Assembly: GCA_043228905.1 (NCBI GenBank)
Contig: JBHGNT010000018.1
Coordinates: forward strand, 11,656,001 to 11,720,000
DNA: 64,000 bases
Direction of reading: 5' to 3'
From: Azolla caroliniana
Taxonomy: Eukaryota > Plantae > Polypodiophyta
The translations under genes were made by a program, and so were the position numbers. Below the pieces are notes generated by a model. That model was not told the origin of the DNA. It ran no database searches and saw only the letters and a program-made list of their open reading frames with translations. Numbering within the stretch: the stretch's first letter is position 1; every line of letters begins with the position of its first letter. Below, piece after piece: positions 34,284 through 45,720 of the stretch.

Positions 34284-37200
34284 TCATTCCTCGCCCTTCG
34301 GTTCTTCCTCGTTTTCGGATCGTTCGTCGCTGCCGACTAGGAGAGCCGGGTCCGGCTCGTCGTCATGTCGCTTCTTGAACGCTTTGACCCGCTTCCCTGC
34401 AACCGGTATCGCCACTCTCGTGCCGTCAAGTTCCGCCAGGTGATATGTCCCGTTGTCATTGGCGCTCCGTACCACGTAAGGCCCGAACCACCTTCGCGCG
34501 AACTTCCGTGTAGCTCGGTGCTGGTTGTCGAGGCAGCTGTCGTAGACGAGCACCCAGTCACCTTCGTCGATTTTCTTCGGTCGGAGCCGGTGCGTTCGGT
34601 CGAACCGGGCTTTGTTCTTTGTCCTCGCCACCCGGAGCTTCTCCGCAGCCAGTGCCACGTCCTCCGGTCTCCGCTCGAGCTGTCGTATACGTGCGGCCAA
34701 CAACTCCTCCCGGCTCATCTCGTCCCTCCAGTCGACCGTTGCCCACGAGGAGATCGTCCGTTCTATCGGCATGATCGGCTTCTGGCCGAACATGAGCTCC
34801 GTCGGAATGTACCCGGTTACCGAACTGTGCGTGGTCCGGTCTGCCCACAAAGCATAAGGTAGCAGCCGCGGCCAGTTTCCGACTTGGCCTCCGCATGCTC
34901 GAACCAGCGCCTTGACGATCGGTCCATGTCCGCGCTCCACCTTTCCATTCGCCTCCGGATTGTCCGCAGTGGTGAGCGAGAGCTTGACCCCCAGCCGGTC
35001 GAACAGCTCCGCGGCTTCTTCGGCGTCCAACTCCCCTCGGTCAGCCACGATCTTCCCGACGCACCCGTACCGGCATATCACGTCCTCGATTAGGAACCGA
35101 CATACGGCCGCGGTCGTTTTGTTCGGAAGGGCCCGGCCTTCCACCTGGTTCGTCAGATCCTCCCGCGCTAGGACCAGGTACCGCATCTGTCCTACCCCCA
35201 TTGGCATCGTCACCAGATCTACCATCCATTTGAAGTGGATGGTCGGAGGGTACGTGGGGTGAAGCTCGTCCCGATGTCGGACTATGGAGTGCATCTGACA
35301 GCTCTCGCAGGTTGTCACGAACCGATGCACGTCCTGGTACTGCCCCGGCCACCAATACTTCCCCTTCAGTTTCTCAAACGTAGCCCAAGTCCCACGGTGT
35401 CCAGCCCAAGGGCTGTCGTGGTAGGCCGTCAGCAGCTCCTCCTGTTCTTCCTTCGTCGCCACCACCCGGAGCGGAGCGCCGTCCCTCTTCTTCGGGTGCT
35501 TCCATAGATAGCCATCCCGGAGAAAGAACCGGTACGCTTTCTTCCGGATCCGGTTGGCCTCGTCCTTCGTCCATGACGCATCGGGCGTCATTGTCTTCAA
35601 AAACCCACCGATCTGCAGCCACTCCCCGTCGTACTTGCTCGCGTCGAAGTCGTTAAGCGCCGGAGTGCTTGTTCCGTCGGTTGTTACATACGCAGCCTCG
35701 AAGAAGTCCACGCCGACCTCTTCGTCCTCCGAAACCATGCCGCCCTCGTCATCGAATCTCGCCCTTGAAAGCATGTCGGCCATGGCGTTGTCTTTACCGG
35801 AAATGTGCCGTATTTCCGGGTCCAGGGACTTGATGTACGCTATCCACCTGAGCATTGCCAGGTCCGGCGTCGCGCATCCGGAAACCATGCCGAGAATCGG
35901 CATGCAATCCGTCTCTATGATTACCTCTGTCCCGATCAGATAGTCCTTGTCGGCCTTCACCGCCGAAACGATACCCCAGAGTTCGCGTTTAACCTGGGCG
36001 TATCCTCGCTGCCGTTCGCTGAGGACCTTCGCGCCGAATCGGATCGGAAACCGATTGCCGTCCTCGTCTTCTTGGTTGACGACCCACCCGATTCCGGTCG
36101 GACTCGTGTCAACCGTTATGTACACTGGGGTGCCCTTCCTGTAGACGGCCTTTCGGAGCGCCGGTGCTGCCGAAAGAGCCTCCTTCAGCTTCCGGACCGA
36201 CTCCGTGTGCTTGTCTAGCCATTCGAATCTTCGCCCTTTCTTCAATAATCCGTACAGCGGCTCCGCGACGTGCGCGTAATGCGGGATCCATATGTGGTAG
36301 AAGGCGCATGCTCCCAAGAATCTTCGTACTTCCGTGACCGAGCTGCAATCAGGCTTCATCGCGGAGATGGCTTCTATCTTTGCCGGAGACGGTTTCCGGC
36401 CATACGGTCCACATAAATGTCCGACCACCATGATTTCCGACTGCCCGAAGGCTGACTTCTCCCCCGAGAAAGTGAGCCTCGCATCCTCTAGCCTTTGCAG
36501 CACCTTCTCGCAGTCGTCGATGTGCGTTACCACGAATCGCCGGCATCCGTCCGGCCCGATCGTCTCGTCCTTCTCTTCTACCGGGCATCCCTTGATCGGG
36601 ATGTCGTCTAGAAACGGCATGGTGATGTCCGGGATGCAGTCCCTCAGCACCTTGTTCATTGCATTCACCATGTGGGCCACCGAGTTGGTCCCTCCTTGCG
36701 GCAGCGTACACATCCGCACTAGGCCGAGGGGAGTTCGCATCGTCGTAATGTCTCTGCTCTCCACGGCTAGCTGGAACTGGTCGTACCCTGAGTATAGATC
36801 ACCGACCGAGTAAATCGACCTTCCGGCGAAGGCCTCCGCGAACTCGTCTATGGTCGGTCCGATCCCTGCGTTCCGAACGGTCACCCTATTGACCGGTTGC
36901 AAGTCCTGAATGAAGCGCAGTGATCCGTTTTTCTTTGGTACGGTAAACCATCGGTTTGAATACGGGGCGCTCGATGGCTCGAGAATGCCCATATCAACTT
37001 TCTGCTTCAACAACTCCATCAACTTCGGGATGTGAGCTCTCGGAACCGGAATTGGCTTGAGATTCCACGGTACATGCGGTACCGTGAATATCACCATCGG
37101 CTCTACGGTCGTCGGGTCTACGCACCCGTTTTCCTCCGGTGAGAATGCGAAGGCTTTCCCGTGCCTTCCGAGCATCCTCCGAAATCGGTCTTCCTCCGCC

Positions 37201-37766
37201 GGTAGTAGGAACCCGCCCCCACCGATCTTCAGCTCGCGGAGCGTCTCGTTGGTGAAGGTGTGTCCTATGCAGGCCGGATCTCGTAAGCTGGGGTCCGATG
37301 CAACCCCTTTGATTCGGGATTCGCTGCCCTCCGGTAAGGGCGCCGCAACTAGCCTCACCTTCCGGTCCACAGTCTTGTACTTGGTGCTAACTCGGGCCGT
37401 CCGTTCCGACTCGAGCTCTCGACCGAAGTCCGCGATGACTTCGTACATTTCTTCGGAACATACCGGTATCGTCCGGTCTTCGTTAAGGTCTTCTTCGACT
37501 ACCTTCCCCAGCATTCCCAAGGTGTCGTCGAAGGAGACTGCCTCCACGGCTCCGTTGATTTCTTCGTCAGGGCCGAGAACTCCGCACGCTCGAAGTCTCC
37601 CCTCCGTCTTTGTTTTCTCTCGGCCGGCGATGCCGACCCTCGTACATGCTCCGCTGTCGGAGAAGCAAAATTTCCTACCTATTGTACACGGTTTTCTCGT
37701 ACAGATGTGGGGTTTTCCCGGAGCATCCGGACTGTCGCGGCCCCACGCCTTGGCAGTCCTCTCTAA
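34284..37766 (-). CDS. pol: G3 RT-RNase H-integrase, in the -1 frame relative to Gag-PR
   Basis: LRFIQDLQPVN, FLDD, TVDTSPTGIG, HHCC region, WMVDLV/IVADRG/NGKVERGH, GPY. The frame is open back to the slippery site at 37766. Confidence 0.94.
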   Translation of the reverse strand, partial: LERTAKAWGRDSPDAPGKPHICTRKPCTIGRKFCFSDSGACTRVGIAGREKTKTEGRLRACGVLGPDEEINGAVEAVSFDDTLGMLGKVVEEDLNEDRTIPVCSEEMYEVIADFGRELESERTARVSTKYKTVDRKVRLVAAPLPEGSESRIKGVASDPSLRDPACIGHTFTNETLRELKIGGGGFLLPAEEDRFRRMLGRHGKAFAFSPEENGCVDPTTVEPMVIFTVPHVPWNLKPIPVPRAHIPKLMELLKQKVDMGILEPSSAPYSNRWFTVPKKNGSLRFIQDLQPVNRVTVRNAGIGPTIDEFAEAFAGRSIYSVGDLYSGYDQFQLAVESRDITTMRTPLGLVRMCTLPQGGTNSVAHMVNAMNKVLRDCIPDITMPFLDDIPIKGCPVEEKDETIGPDGCRRFVVTHIDDCEKVLQRLEDARLTFSGEKSAFGQSEIMVVGHLCGPYGRKPSPAKIEAISAMKPDCSSVTEVRRFLGACAFYHIWIPHYAHVAEPLYGLLKKGRRFEWLDKHTESVRKLKEALSAAPALRKAVYRKGTPVYITVDTSPTGIGWVVNQEDEDGNRFPIRFGAKVLSERQRGYAQVKRELWGIVSAVKADKDYLIGTEVIIETDCMPILGMVSGCATPDLAMLRWIAYIKSLDPEIRHISGKDNAMADMLSRARFDDEGGMVSEDEEVGVDFFEAAYVTTDGTSTPALNDFDASKYDGEWLQIGGFLKTMTPDASWTKDEANRIRKKAYRFFLRDGYLWKHPKKRDGAPLRVVATKEEQEELLTAYHDSPWAGHRGTWATFEKLKGKYWWPGQYQDVHRFVTTCESCQMHSIVRHRDELHPTYPPTIHFKWMVDLVTMPMGVGQMRYLVLAREDLTNQVEGRALPNKTTAAVCRFLIEDVICRYGCVGKIVADRGELDAEEAAELFDRLGVKLSLTTADNPEANGKVERGHGPIVKALVRACGGQVGNWPRLLPYALWADRTTHSSVTGYIPTELMFGQKPIMPIERTISSWATVDWRDEMSREELLAARIRQLERRPEDVALAAEKLRVARTKNKARFDRTHRLRPKKIDEGDWVLVYDSCLDNQHRATRKFARRWFGPYVVRSANDNGTYHLAELDGTRVAIPVAGKRVKAFKKRHDDEPDPALLVGSDERSENEEEPKGEE

Positions 37767-37772
37767 AAATCC
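37729..37772 (-). promoter_or_regulatory. Putative -1 frameshift signal G GAT TTT plus stem-loop
   Basis: GGATTTT (37766-37772) directly before the TAG, 6-nt spacer, stem GGACTG..CAGTCC. Confidence 0.78.
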
Positions 37773-39889
37773 TCTCGGTTTTCGGAACCGAGGGAGTCGC
37801 GGTTACGTTCGTGGTTCGGCCGTACCGTCAGAAACTGGACCGAATGGCGCCCGTCTTGGCTTTTGACCCTCGCGTAGGCCGAACCATTGTCCAACACCTT
37901 GGTCTCCATCCGCGCCGCCGTGATGTACGGCTCTCCCAGTATGACCGGATGCGAAGACGTCTCCTGCACGAAGAAGTGCTGGTCAATCTCGACGTCGCCG
38001 ATCTTGACTCGCACATTCGGACAGGCCCCGTGCAGCTCCTCGGTGGCGCGCGTTGCCGCCCTTATTTTCCACCCGTGCTTGGTGTTGATCGGCCATTTGC
38101 CCTTCTTATAGAAATCCATGGACATCAAGTTGATCTCCGATCCGTGGTCCACCAAAGCTATCACCGGTTCCTGGACACCGCCGATCTTCACCGGGGTTTC
38201 CGTGGTCGCTCGGGCCCAGTGTGGTCTCGAATAGTGGCTTTCCGCCCACTCGTCTCCCAGCGCCATGTCGTCTAGGTGCGTCGTCCGCACTTCCACTGGT
38301 CTTTCCGGTTCTGTCTCCGTTGACAGCCTCTTCCGTTTCACCAAGTCCACGATGGAGTCGTGGAACTCCTTCTTGGCGATTCCCAGCACCTCTCGTAACG
38401 ACAGCTCCACCTTGCTGTCAAGGATCCGTTCCTCCAGGACCTTTCATAAGTCCGTGGTTCTTTCTATCTCCGTCCCCAGACGGTACCCACCCTTCTGGGG
38501 TTTATCTTGCGTACCGGCCCCGCCGGCTTCGTCCCGTCGTGGCCCGGACCGGGTCTCGTATCGTTGTGAGGGCCCGGTCGTCCCGGGTTTCCCCACCCGC
38601 TTCTCTTCTACCAGAGCCTCGTAGTTCCGGCAAGCGGCTTCCACGAAGCCCGTCTTTTCCTCGACCGGGTCGCTCCACCCGGTCATCTCCCGTACCCGTT
38701 TCTCCGCACGGTCCGATTCCTCCCCTTTAAGCCCTGCACCGGCAAGGCCTTCTAGCATCGTCGGCCAGAATCCGGCTTTGCTTTCCTTTCGGCCCTCGCC
38801 GCCCCCGACTCGAATGCCGGCCGACGCCGAGTAGTGGACGGTTTCCGCGTGTCGGGCCGCCGCCTCTTCCATCAACCTTTTCATACCACTTCGCCCGTCG
38901 TTTCGGCTCAGGGCCCTTCGGGTGTCGCTGGCATGCACCCATCCTTCCCACAGGTACACCACCCTGTTCCTCAGCGCCTCCGCGAAGTCGCCGCAGTCCT
39001 TCCGAATGTGGCCGACTTCATCGCACCACATGCACCTGTTTCCTGCCGCCGGCCGTCGGTCACGAGCCGGTTCGCCTCCTTCCCTTCGGGCCTGCGCGAT
39101 TTGGAGGTCCTTTATCGCCTTCGTCAATTCCTCCAGCGTCGCTCCTCCGGTTGAGCCTCTGACTACGCCGGTCGAAGCCGAACCCGTTTCCAACCACTCT
39201 CGGGTCTCTTCCTTTCGCACCTGTGGCGCTGGTTCGAGCTTCCTTGCTGCGACCGAGCCCGACCCGGTTGCCCCGTTATCCGCCCATTCTCGCCGTTTGT
39301 CGAAACGGCCACAGACCTTCCTGACAGCCGCCCAGTCGGTAGTGAGCCCGTCTTCGGTTTCCAGCAAGAGGCCCACTTGCTCCCGATCCCGCTCGTCGAC
39401 CGACTTGACAAACAGTAAGACCCGGCTCGTGTCCAGGATGGTTCGGTCGAGCGCCGAAAGGCGCGCAAAGTTTTCCTCGAACTCCCGGAGGAGTGCCGAC
39501 GCGTTTCTTCCCTTCCCCGGGGATTCCACCCATTCCATGAACCTTCGCTTCGAAAGCCGGAGCGCGTCGTCCAGCCCGTATTTCTCTAGGAGCCGACCTT
39601 TGAACTCTTCCCAGGTACGGCTCTCCGCCCGCACCTCGAGCACCTCCGCATGGATGCTCGGCATTGCCACTCGGGGAAATCCGGCAAGACGCCTTTCTTC
39701 CGGAATGTCCCGCATCAGCATTTCTGCACCGTAGGACGCCAGATACTTCGTGGCATCCCTCCCATCGAACCGGCCGATCGTGCCGACGACCACCTCAATA
39801 GCTCTGTCGAGGGCACCGGTGCCCTCGCGCGCGTTTACAATCCGATCCACGGCCGAAGCCATGGCCTCTGCAAGATCCGACCCCCTCAT
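37763..39889 (-). CDS. gag: G3 Gag-protease, one in-frame TGA at 38444-38446
   Basis: GRFDGRDATKYL, knuckle CMWCDEVGHIRKDC, protease ALVDHGSEINLM..ILGEPY. Both ORF pieces are in the same frame. Confidence 0.88.
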
Positions 39890-39911
39890 CTTCTGCTCTT
39901 CTGCCGCCTCC

Positions 39912-39929
39912 TTCACGTCGGGTTCACCA
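39912..39929 (-). promoter_or_regulatory. PBS complementary to the tRNA-Trp 3' end
   Basis: TGGTGAACCCGACGTGAA, 3 nt from the LTR. It matches the plant cytosolic tRNA-Trp 3' end as I recall it. Confidence 0.85.
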
Positions 39930-40724
39930 AGATGTCGTGTTATTACGCAAGTGCGTGTGGAAACGAGGCGGGACCGCGGGGGTCTCGAACCAAAGAGCAA
40001 GCGAGGGAGGAGAAAGAGAGAGAACCGGCTACGCAGGACCGGGGATACACAGGGACACGGCCCTTCAGCACGGAGAACGCGAACGAACACCGACACAGAC
40101 AGATGCGAATGACTAAATATATATATCAAGAATGGCTAACACGACTACAACCCTCGATGGGGCACAGGTTGGTTACAACCGAACAGGCCGGCGAACAGAT
40201 GCCGATGCCTGTTCGCTTCAACGCACAAAGGGGTTGCCGGTCGGAGGTGCTGCCGGAAGCACTCGGGCGTTCCTCGAAACAGCGCAAGCCTCCTCGGAAC
40301 CCTGCACAGAAAAGCTATGGAGCTCAAGAAGGAAGAAAACAGAGGGCGAAGCGTCCAGAAACGGTCCGACAGCACTTCGTCCTCTCCACGCGAGATCCCC
40401 CTGCAATAGCTCTTTCCTGCTCCTTATATAGGCCGACGAGCAGGCCGTCACGTCAGCTTTATTCCCTGTCCCTTTTTGACAGGGATTCGCTTCGATCTTC
40501 ACGCATCCTCGTAGTTACGCCGCCGACTCGTGCCGTCCCTTAGCTCGCGCGCGCGACCGAAGAGACTGTTCGCGCGGTCTTGGTCTCCACTTGTGTCAGG
40601 GCCCGTTCCTGCCGATTATCCTCCTAATTCGCTTCTATGTACAACTTGGAGCTTGCGCGCGTGGAGAACCGGTTCCCACGCCTAGGTGCGCCGATTCCGC
40701 CTATGGACGGTTTTCTTCACGACA

Positions 40725-41845
40725 GCGCGCTCAATCATTTGGCGCTCCACGTGCTCCTAGGCCATTCGTTGTGAGACCTTTATTTGTTGTGTTGCCAAAA
40801 ATTCCATAAGTTCAAAAGTGGTTCCGAACTTTAATAGTGCGCCGAACTCATGGGCCGTGTCCAGAATGTCCGGGTACGCCAACACCTCGCTTTCCGCCAT
40901 AAATACACCTTTCTCCCGCTGTGACTGCGCCGTAATGATCGGCCGTGGTTCCCGGATTATTTCGAAGGTGGTGTTGGGCTCCGTAGCTATGGAGCAGTCG
41001 ACCATGATCGTCGTCTCTGTGGCCGCGAGTGTGTCTTTAACTACCCCGCGCCCATCTTTCCTGTCTAGCCTCCGCCGTTTCGGCCTCGAGCTTCCTTGAC
41101 TTGGCTCAACTTTTGGCTCCTACGAGGCTTCCTCACTGCGCTCCGCCCGTTCTTCCTGTGTTGTTCGCATGTTTGTCTGGGCTGATTGGGGTCATCTTCC
41201 CACTCTATTGTGACCAACTCTACTAACCTTCGCTTCGTGGATTGTGGCGGCGGCGTGGGTTTGCTGGGTTGCGGTGCCGGCAGTCCTCGAGGTGGGAATA
41301 GTATCGTCAAATACTGTTGTGTGATAGGCTTGAGCTTTTTGTCTCCTTGATACGCGTGCAAGCCTTCCTGTAACGTTGGTCCCGTAATGATCCCCCAATT
41401 GACCGTGCGCCCTTCAAAGGTATCAATGATGATACTTGTCTTCTGCTTGGGCATCCCATATGCATTTACATGTACGCATCTGACCTCCAACAGGAACTTG
41501 GATATTTCGCGGAAAAAGGGGTCGGGGATTTCCTTCATTTTGTATGCCTTGGAGGATGCCGAAAATGGCCTGAAATATCTTTGCAAAGTTTCCATAGGAG
41601 GAATTTCGAAATGCCTTTCTCCTAGTGATGACAGGTCAAGCTTTTTCCAGATGGATGTATTGGTGACCGTGTCGATATTGAGCTTCCTACCAATTTCCAC
41701 TGTGTCAGGGTGGGGAGGTGCCTCGGCGACTCTGATGTATCCATCCAAGTGTTTCTCCACGAGCCATCGACGCAAGGTGGCAAAAATAGGTATAGGCATA
41801 GTTGGATGGTTAGGCTCGTGGCTAATGGGTGAGGACTACTAGCTA
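40725..41845 (-). pseudogene. G2 extra 3' ORF, N-terminal conserved domain
   Basis: 41065-41799 aligns by eye with 49418-50215 of G1 (APPH, SKAY, FREI/V, MPK..II.T.EG..V.W..I). Confidence 0.75.
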
Positions 41846-42153
41846 TGGCGAACTTGAGCTCTGTGATAGGATGGAGAAGAGGGTGAGGGAGGGGAGCAAT
41901 GAGAGCGATGAGAGTTAGAAGGTTGGTTTTTGTACTGTGTAGAAAACCTTCTATTTCCTTCTTTTTGTGGCCTAGGGTTCATTGGTCGGTGAGCCATCGT
42001 GGTGCCGCGTGTTCTTGGCCTAGAAGTCTGTGCATGCCTTAATTCCTTTTAATAGCGTCGCTATCTTCTCTTCTTTTTTTCTTTTTATGTTTTCGTAATG
42101 GTTACATACAATATTCTTTTTACACTATAGTACAAATGGAGCCTCATACTTAC

Positions 42154-45100
42154 TCAGCGGATTTCCCGGCTTTGTCCTGTCCGGCGGGGAATAGGTTAGG
42201 TGGCGTAGGTCCCAAATAAGGTTTAAGGTGAAACCCATTCACTTTTTGTTGTAACACTTCCTCGGCCAACGTGTCAAGTTGAAACATACCCTGTTCCCTG
42301 TTCCACTCCCACTATCCAGTACGGGCCTATCCAGCAGAATCTTAATTTTCCTAGCATATGCCCCATGGGAGTTTGGAAAACTAATACTGCTTTCCCAACC
42401 GTAAAATATTTTTCCCACGCATGCCGATGTCGGTGCATGAGTGCTTTGCGCCGCCGCTATTCTTGCTCCAATATGGCCATACTGCGTAACCGTGTTTCGT
42501 CTAGCTCCAGTAGTTGTTGTAGCCGTATTTGCTTAGATTTGCCCTCTGGTAGCCGGGCTCGTACTTGAATCCGCAGACTAGGTACCTGGAATTCGACTGG
42601 CATCACGGCCTCCAACCCAAATGCTAGCCTGAAAGGCGTTGATTGTATGTTGGTCTTATGGCTAGTACGGTATGCCCATAACGCGTTGTGCAATTTGGTA
42701 TCCCAATTCGTTTTGTTCTCATTGACTATCTTTTTGAGGATAGTTTGTAGGGTTTTGTTTGTGGATTCTGCCAAGCCATTTCCCTGTGGTGTAATATGGC
42801 GTACTTTTTTTGTGAACCACAACGTAATGTTGGGTCAGTTCGTTGATGACCGTATTCTGAAAGTGACTCCCTTGGTCACTAATGAGCTCGATAGGGCAGC
42901 CGAAACGACACCAGATGTGTTCGTAAAGGAATTTCGCCATGACTGTCGCGGTTTTCTCACATAGTGGTTTCTCTTCTACCCACTTGGTACAGTAATCTGT
43001 GGCCACCAGGATATACTTATTGCTTGTTCAAGCGGCCGTTGGGGTAAAGGGTCCCACAAAATCTAGCCCCCACTTTTGGAAAGGATCTAGTGGCAACACT
43101 GGTTGGTGTGGCATTCTCACGACTTCCGTGGGTTGGCCCAGTCGTTGACATAAATCACATTGTCTGCAATATTCATACGCATCCTTTTGCGTAGTCGGCC
43201 ACCAAAGTCCCACTTGCCAGATTTTCCGGGCCGTAACATCACCCGCATAATGTCCTCCTGTCGTACCAGAGTGGGCTTTGCGTAGAACCGCGGCCTTCTC
43301 ATCCTGTCGTATTCCGCGCCTCCAGATGTTGTCACTGCCTTTGTGGTATAGGATGTCTTCTAAACAGAAATTTTGACTCCGTACGACCAACCATTTTTTC
43401 TCGTTCGTCCGTAATTGGGGTGGCGGTAATCCCGTGGTCAGGAAGTGGGTCATTTCCATCAGCCACCGATCCGGAAAAGTCTTTTCCGTTTGTTCTGCTA
43501 GAGTTGCTACACGCAGAATGTCCGCATTCGGAATGTCGTCGTCATCCTTTTGCACCGTTTCTCCATTATCTAGTCTGCTCAAGAAATCTGCCACCACGTG
43601 TTGCTTACCCGGTCGGTGCTGAATTACAAAGTCGAATTCTTGAAGCAACAACATCCATCTAGCCAATTTCCCCGTCAGTACGTGTTTCCCTACCAAATAT
43701 AGCAATGCCGAATGATCCACGTTAAACGTGAATTTACGCCCTAGTAGATAATGCCGAAACTTATTGATGTTGTATATCATACCCAACACTTCACGTTCCG
43801 TTGTGGAATAGTTACGCTCAGCCGTTGATAGTTTCCGACTAGCGTAGTACACTAGTCGGTACCAATTCGACTCCGTGAGCTGCATTAGCGCACTACCTAT
43901 TGCTATGTCTGATGCATCCACGAACACGTGGAATGGTTTTGCCCAAACTGGTGGCTGTACGATGGGTGCCTGCGTTAGCATTATCTTTAGTGCATCATAC
44001 GCCTTCTCTTCCGTTGCTGTCCATTTGAAAGGAGTACGATGAACGGCGGCATGTAATGGCGTGGCGAAGTCCGCCAAATAGCGTATCATCTGACTGTGGC
44101 ATTGTATTTGTCCCAGAAACCGGTTGGGTGCTTTCGCGTTTGTCGGTGTTGTCGCGTGAGTAATCATGGTGTTCAGATCTACCGCTATCCCTTCCTTACT
44201 GACTATGTGGCCGAGGAGAGCCCTGCTAGTAACGCCGAAGGCGCATTTGGTGGGATTCAGGCTTAAGCGCAGGGTTCAGCAACGCTCCAAGCGAAGCTGT
44301 AGATGCGAAAAATGGTCGGTTGTTGTCCTATATACCGCGAAATTGTCTAAAAAAACCTACATGAAGGCCAATATATATCCCCCAAAAATCTCCATGATTG
44401 TCCGTTGAAATGTAGCCGGCGCTGTCTTTAGCCCGAACATCATGACGACTACTACATAGACGCCCCAATTCGTGACAAACGTCGTCTTCTCTTGGTCGTC
44501 GGGATGCATGCATACTTGATTGTACCCACTAAAGCCATCTAAAAAGTTGTACATGTCATGCCCTGCAACAGCGTGTAGTACGTTGTTAGTGAACGGTAAA
44601 GGGAATGCGTCGGTAATGGTTACGGCGTTCAATTTCCGGTAGTCCACACATACACGTATTTTTCCATTTTTCTTTAGGACGACTACTATCGGGCTTAACC
44701 ATGTAGCTTGTTTGACTGGTCGAATGAATCCGGCCTTGAGGAGTTTGTCAATTTCTTCTTTTACGTGAGCTGCGTAGTTTGGGTTCATGCGGTATCGACT
44801 TTGTTGGACCGGTTTCGCATCGGTCGCTAAATTGATCTTATGTTGATAGAACTTCAGATCCAACCCCTTCATGTCCTCATGGGACCAGGCGAACACATCT
44901 TTATACTTCCTGAGTAGTGCTATCATCGCGTCTCTCTGATCCAGTAGTAATTCTTTTGCGATGGAGAGGAATCGGGGTTCTGACGCGGTACCCACGTTTA
45001 CTTCTTCTAGGGCTGAGGCAGTGACTTGTCGTGAAATTTCCATTTCCCTCTCGAACGCTGCCCGTGCTCTGCTTAGTTCTAATATTGACTTCGAGTCTAG

Positions 45101-45720
45101 TTCGTAAGCCTTGTCGTGGAGCGCAGTGGGCATGGCATATTCCGCCACGACTTTTATGACGTTGATTTCGAATAACGGAATGATCTGGGGGTGCTCGTCT
45201 AAGTATACTTCTAATTCTGTATCATCCACCCCAGCCAACATATTTATGTCTTCCGTGTATAACGGTGTGATGCCCTTGGGTTGTGCTGCCATTTCCTTTG
45301 TTGGTACGCAAACCTTGGTGCGTCCACGTTGAAAGCTGATGCACTTATGTTGCCAACTCTGTTTGATATTTGTTGAACAAAGCCACGGTCTGCCAACCAA
45401 CATAGGATACGCTCCTGGGACGTTGAGGGCGAGGACCACAACTGAGACGTCAAACGGATGTCCTCCAACGATCATGCGTAACTTGTGTATTAAGCCTAAA
45501 GGTTGTACGAAGAGGGTATCTGCCATGCGAAGCCAAAACGGGCAAGCTTCCCATTTTGAAATTCCCAATTGTTCGCATGTCTTCACACTAATTACATTGA
45601 CGCCAAAGCCATCGTCGATTATGCATCCTGTGATTTCCTAACCATGTATTATCAACTTAATAGCCGGATTGTGGTGATCCACCACTGATGGTCCGGCATT
45701 GATGTTCTGTATTTGCCGTG
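42154..45720 (-). pseudogene. G2 pol (PR-RT-RH-IN)
   Basis: IIDDGFGVN, IRVCVDYRKLN, FLDGFSGYNQ, FVDASDIAIG, FQKWGLDFVGP, GNGLAESTNKTL. No additional archaeal-type RNase H seen. Confidence 0.92.

Larger units (their letters stand above)
33421..40724 (-). mobile_element. Very young GC-rich Ty3/Gypsy G3, full length
   Basis: 792-bp LTRs 33421-34212 and 39933-40724 (TGTCGTG..CACGACA, no difference seen), GCGC on both flanks, PBS 39912-39929, PPT AGGTGGGGGCGGA at 34213-34225. Confidence 0.97.

Noticed and set aside
37057-37866. Long plus-strand ORFs antisense to G3 (also 38922-39734 and 39650-40543)
   Set aside because: Expected shadows of a GC-rich coding strand, with no recognisable motifs.
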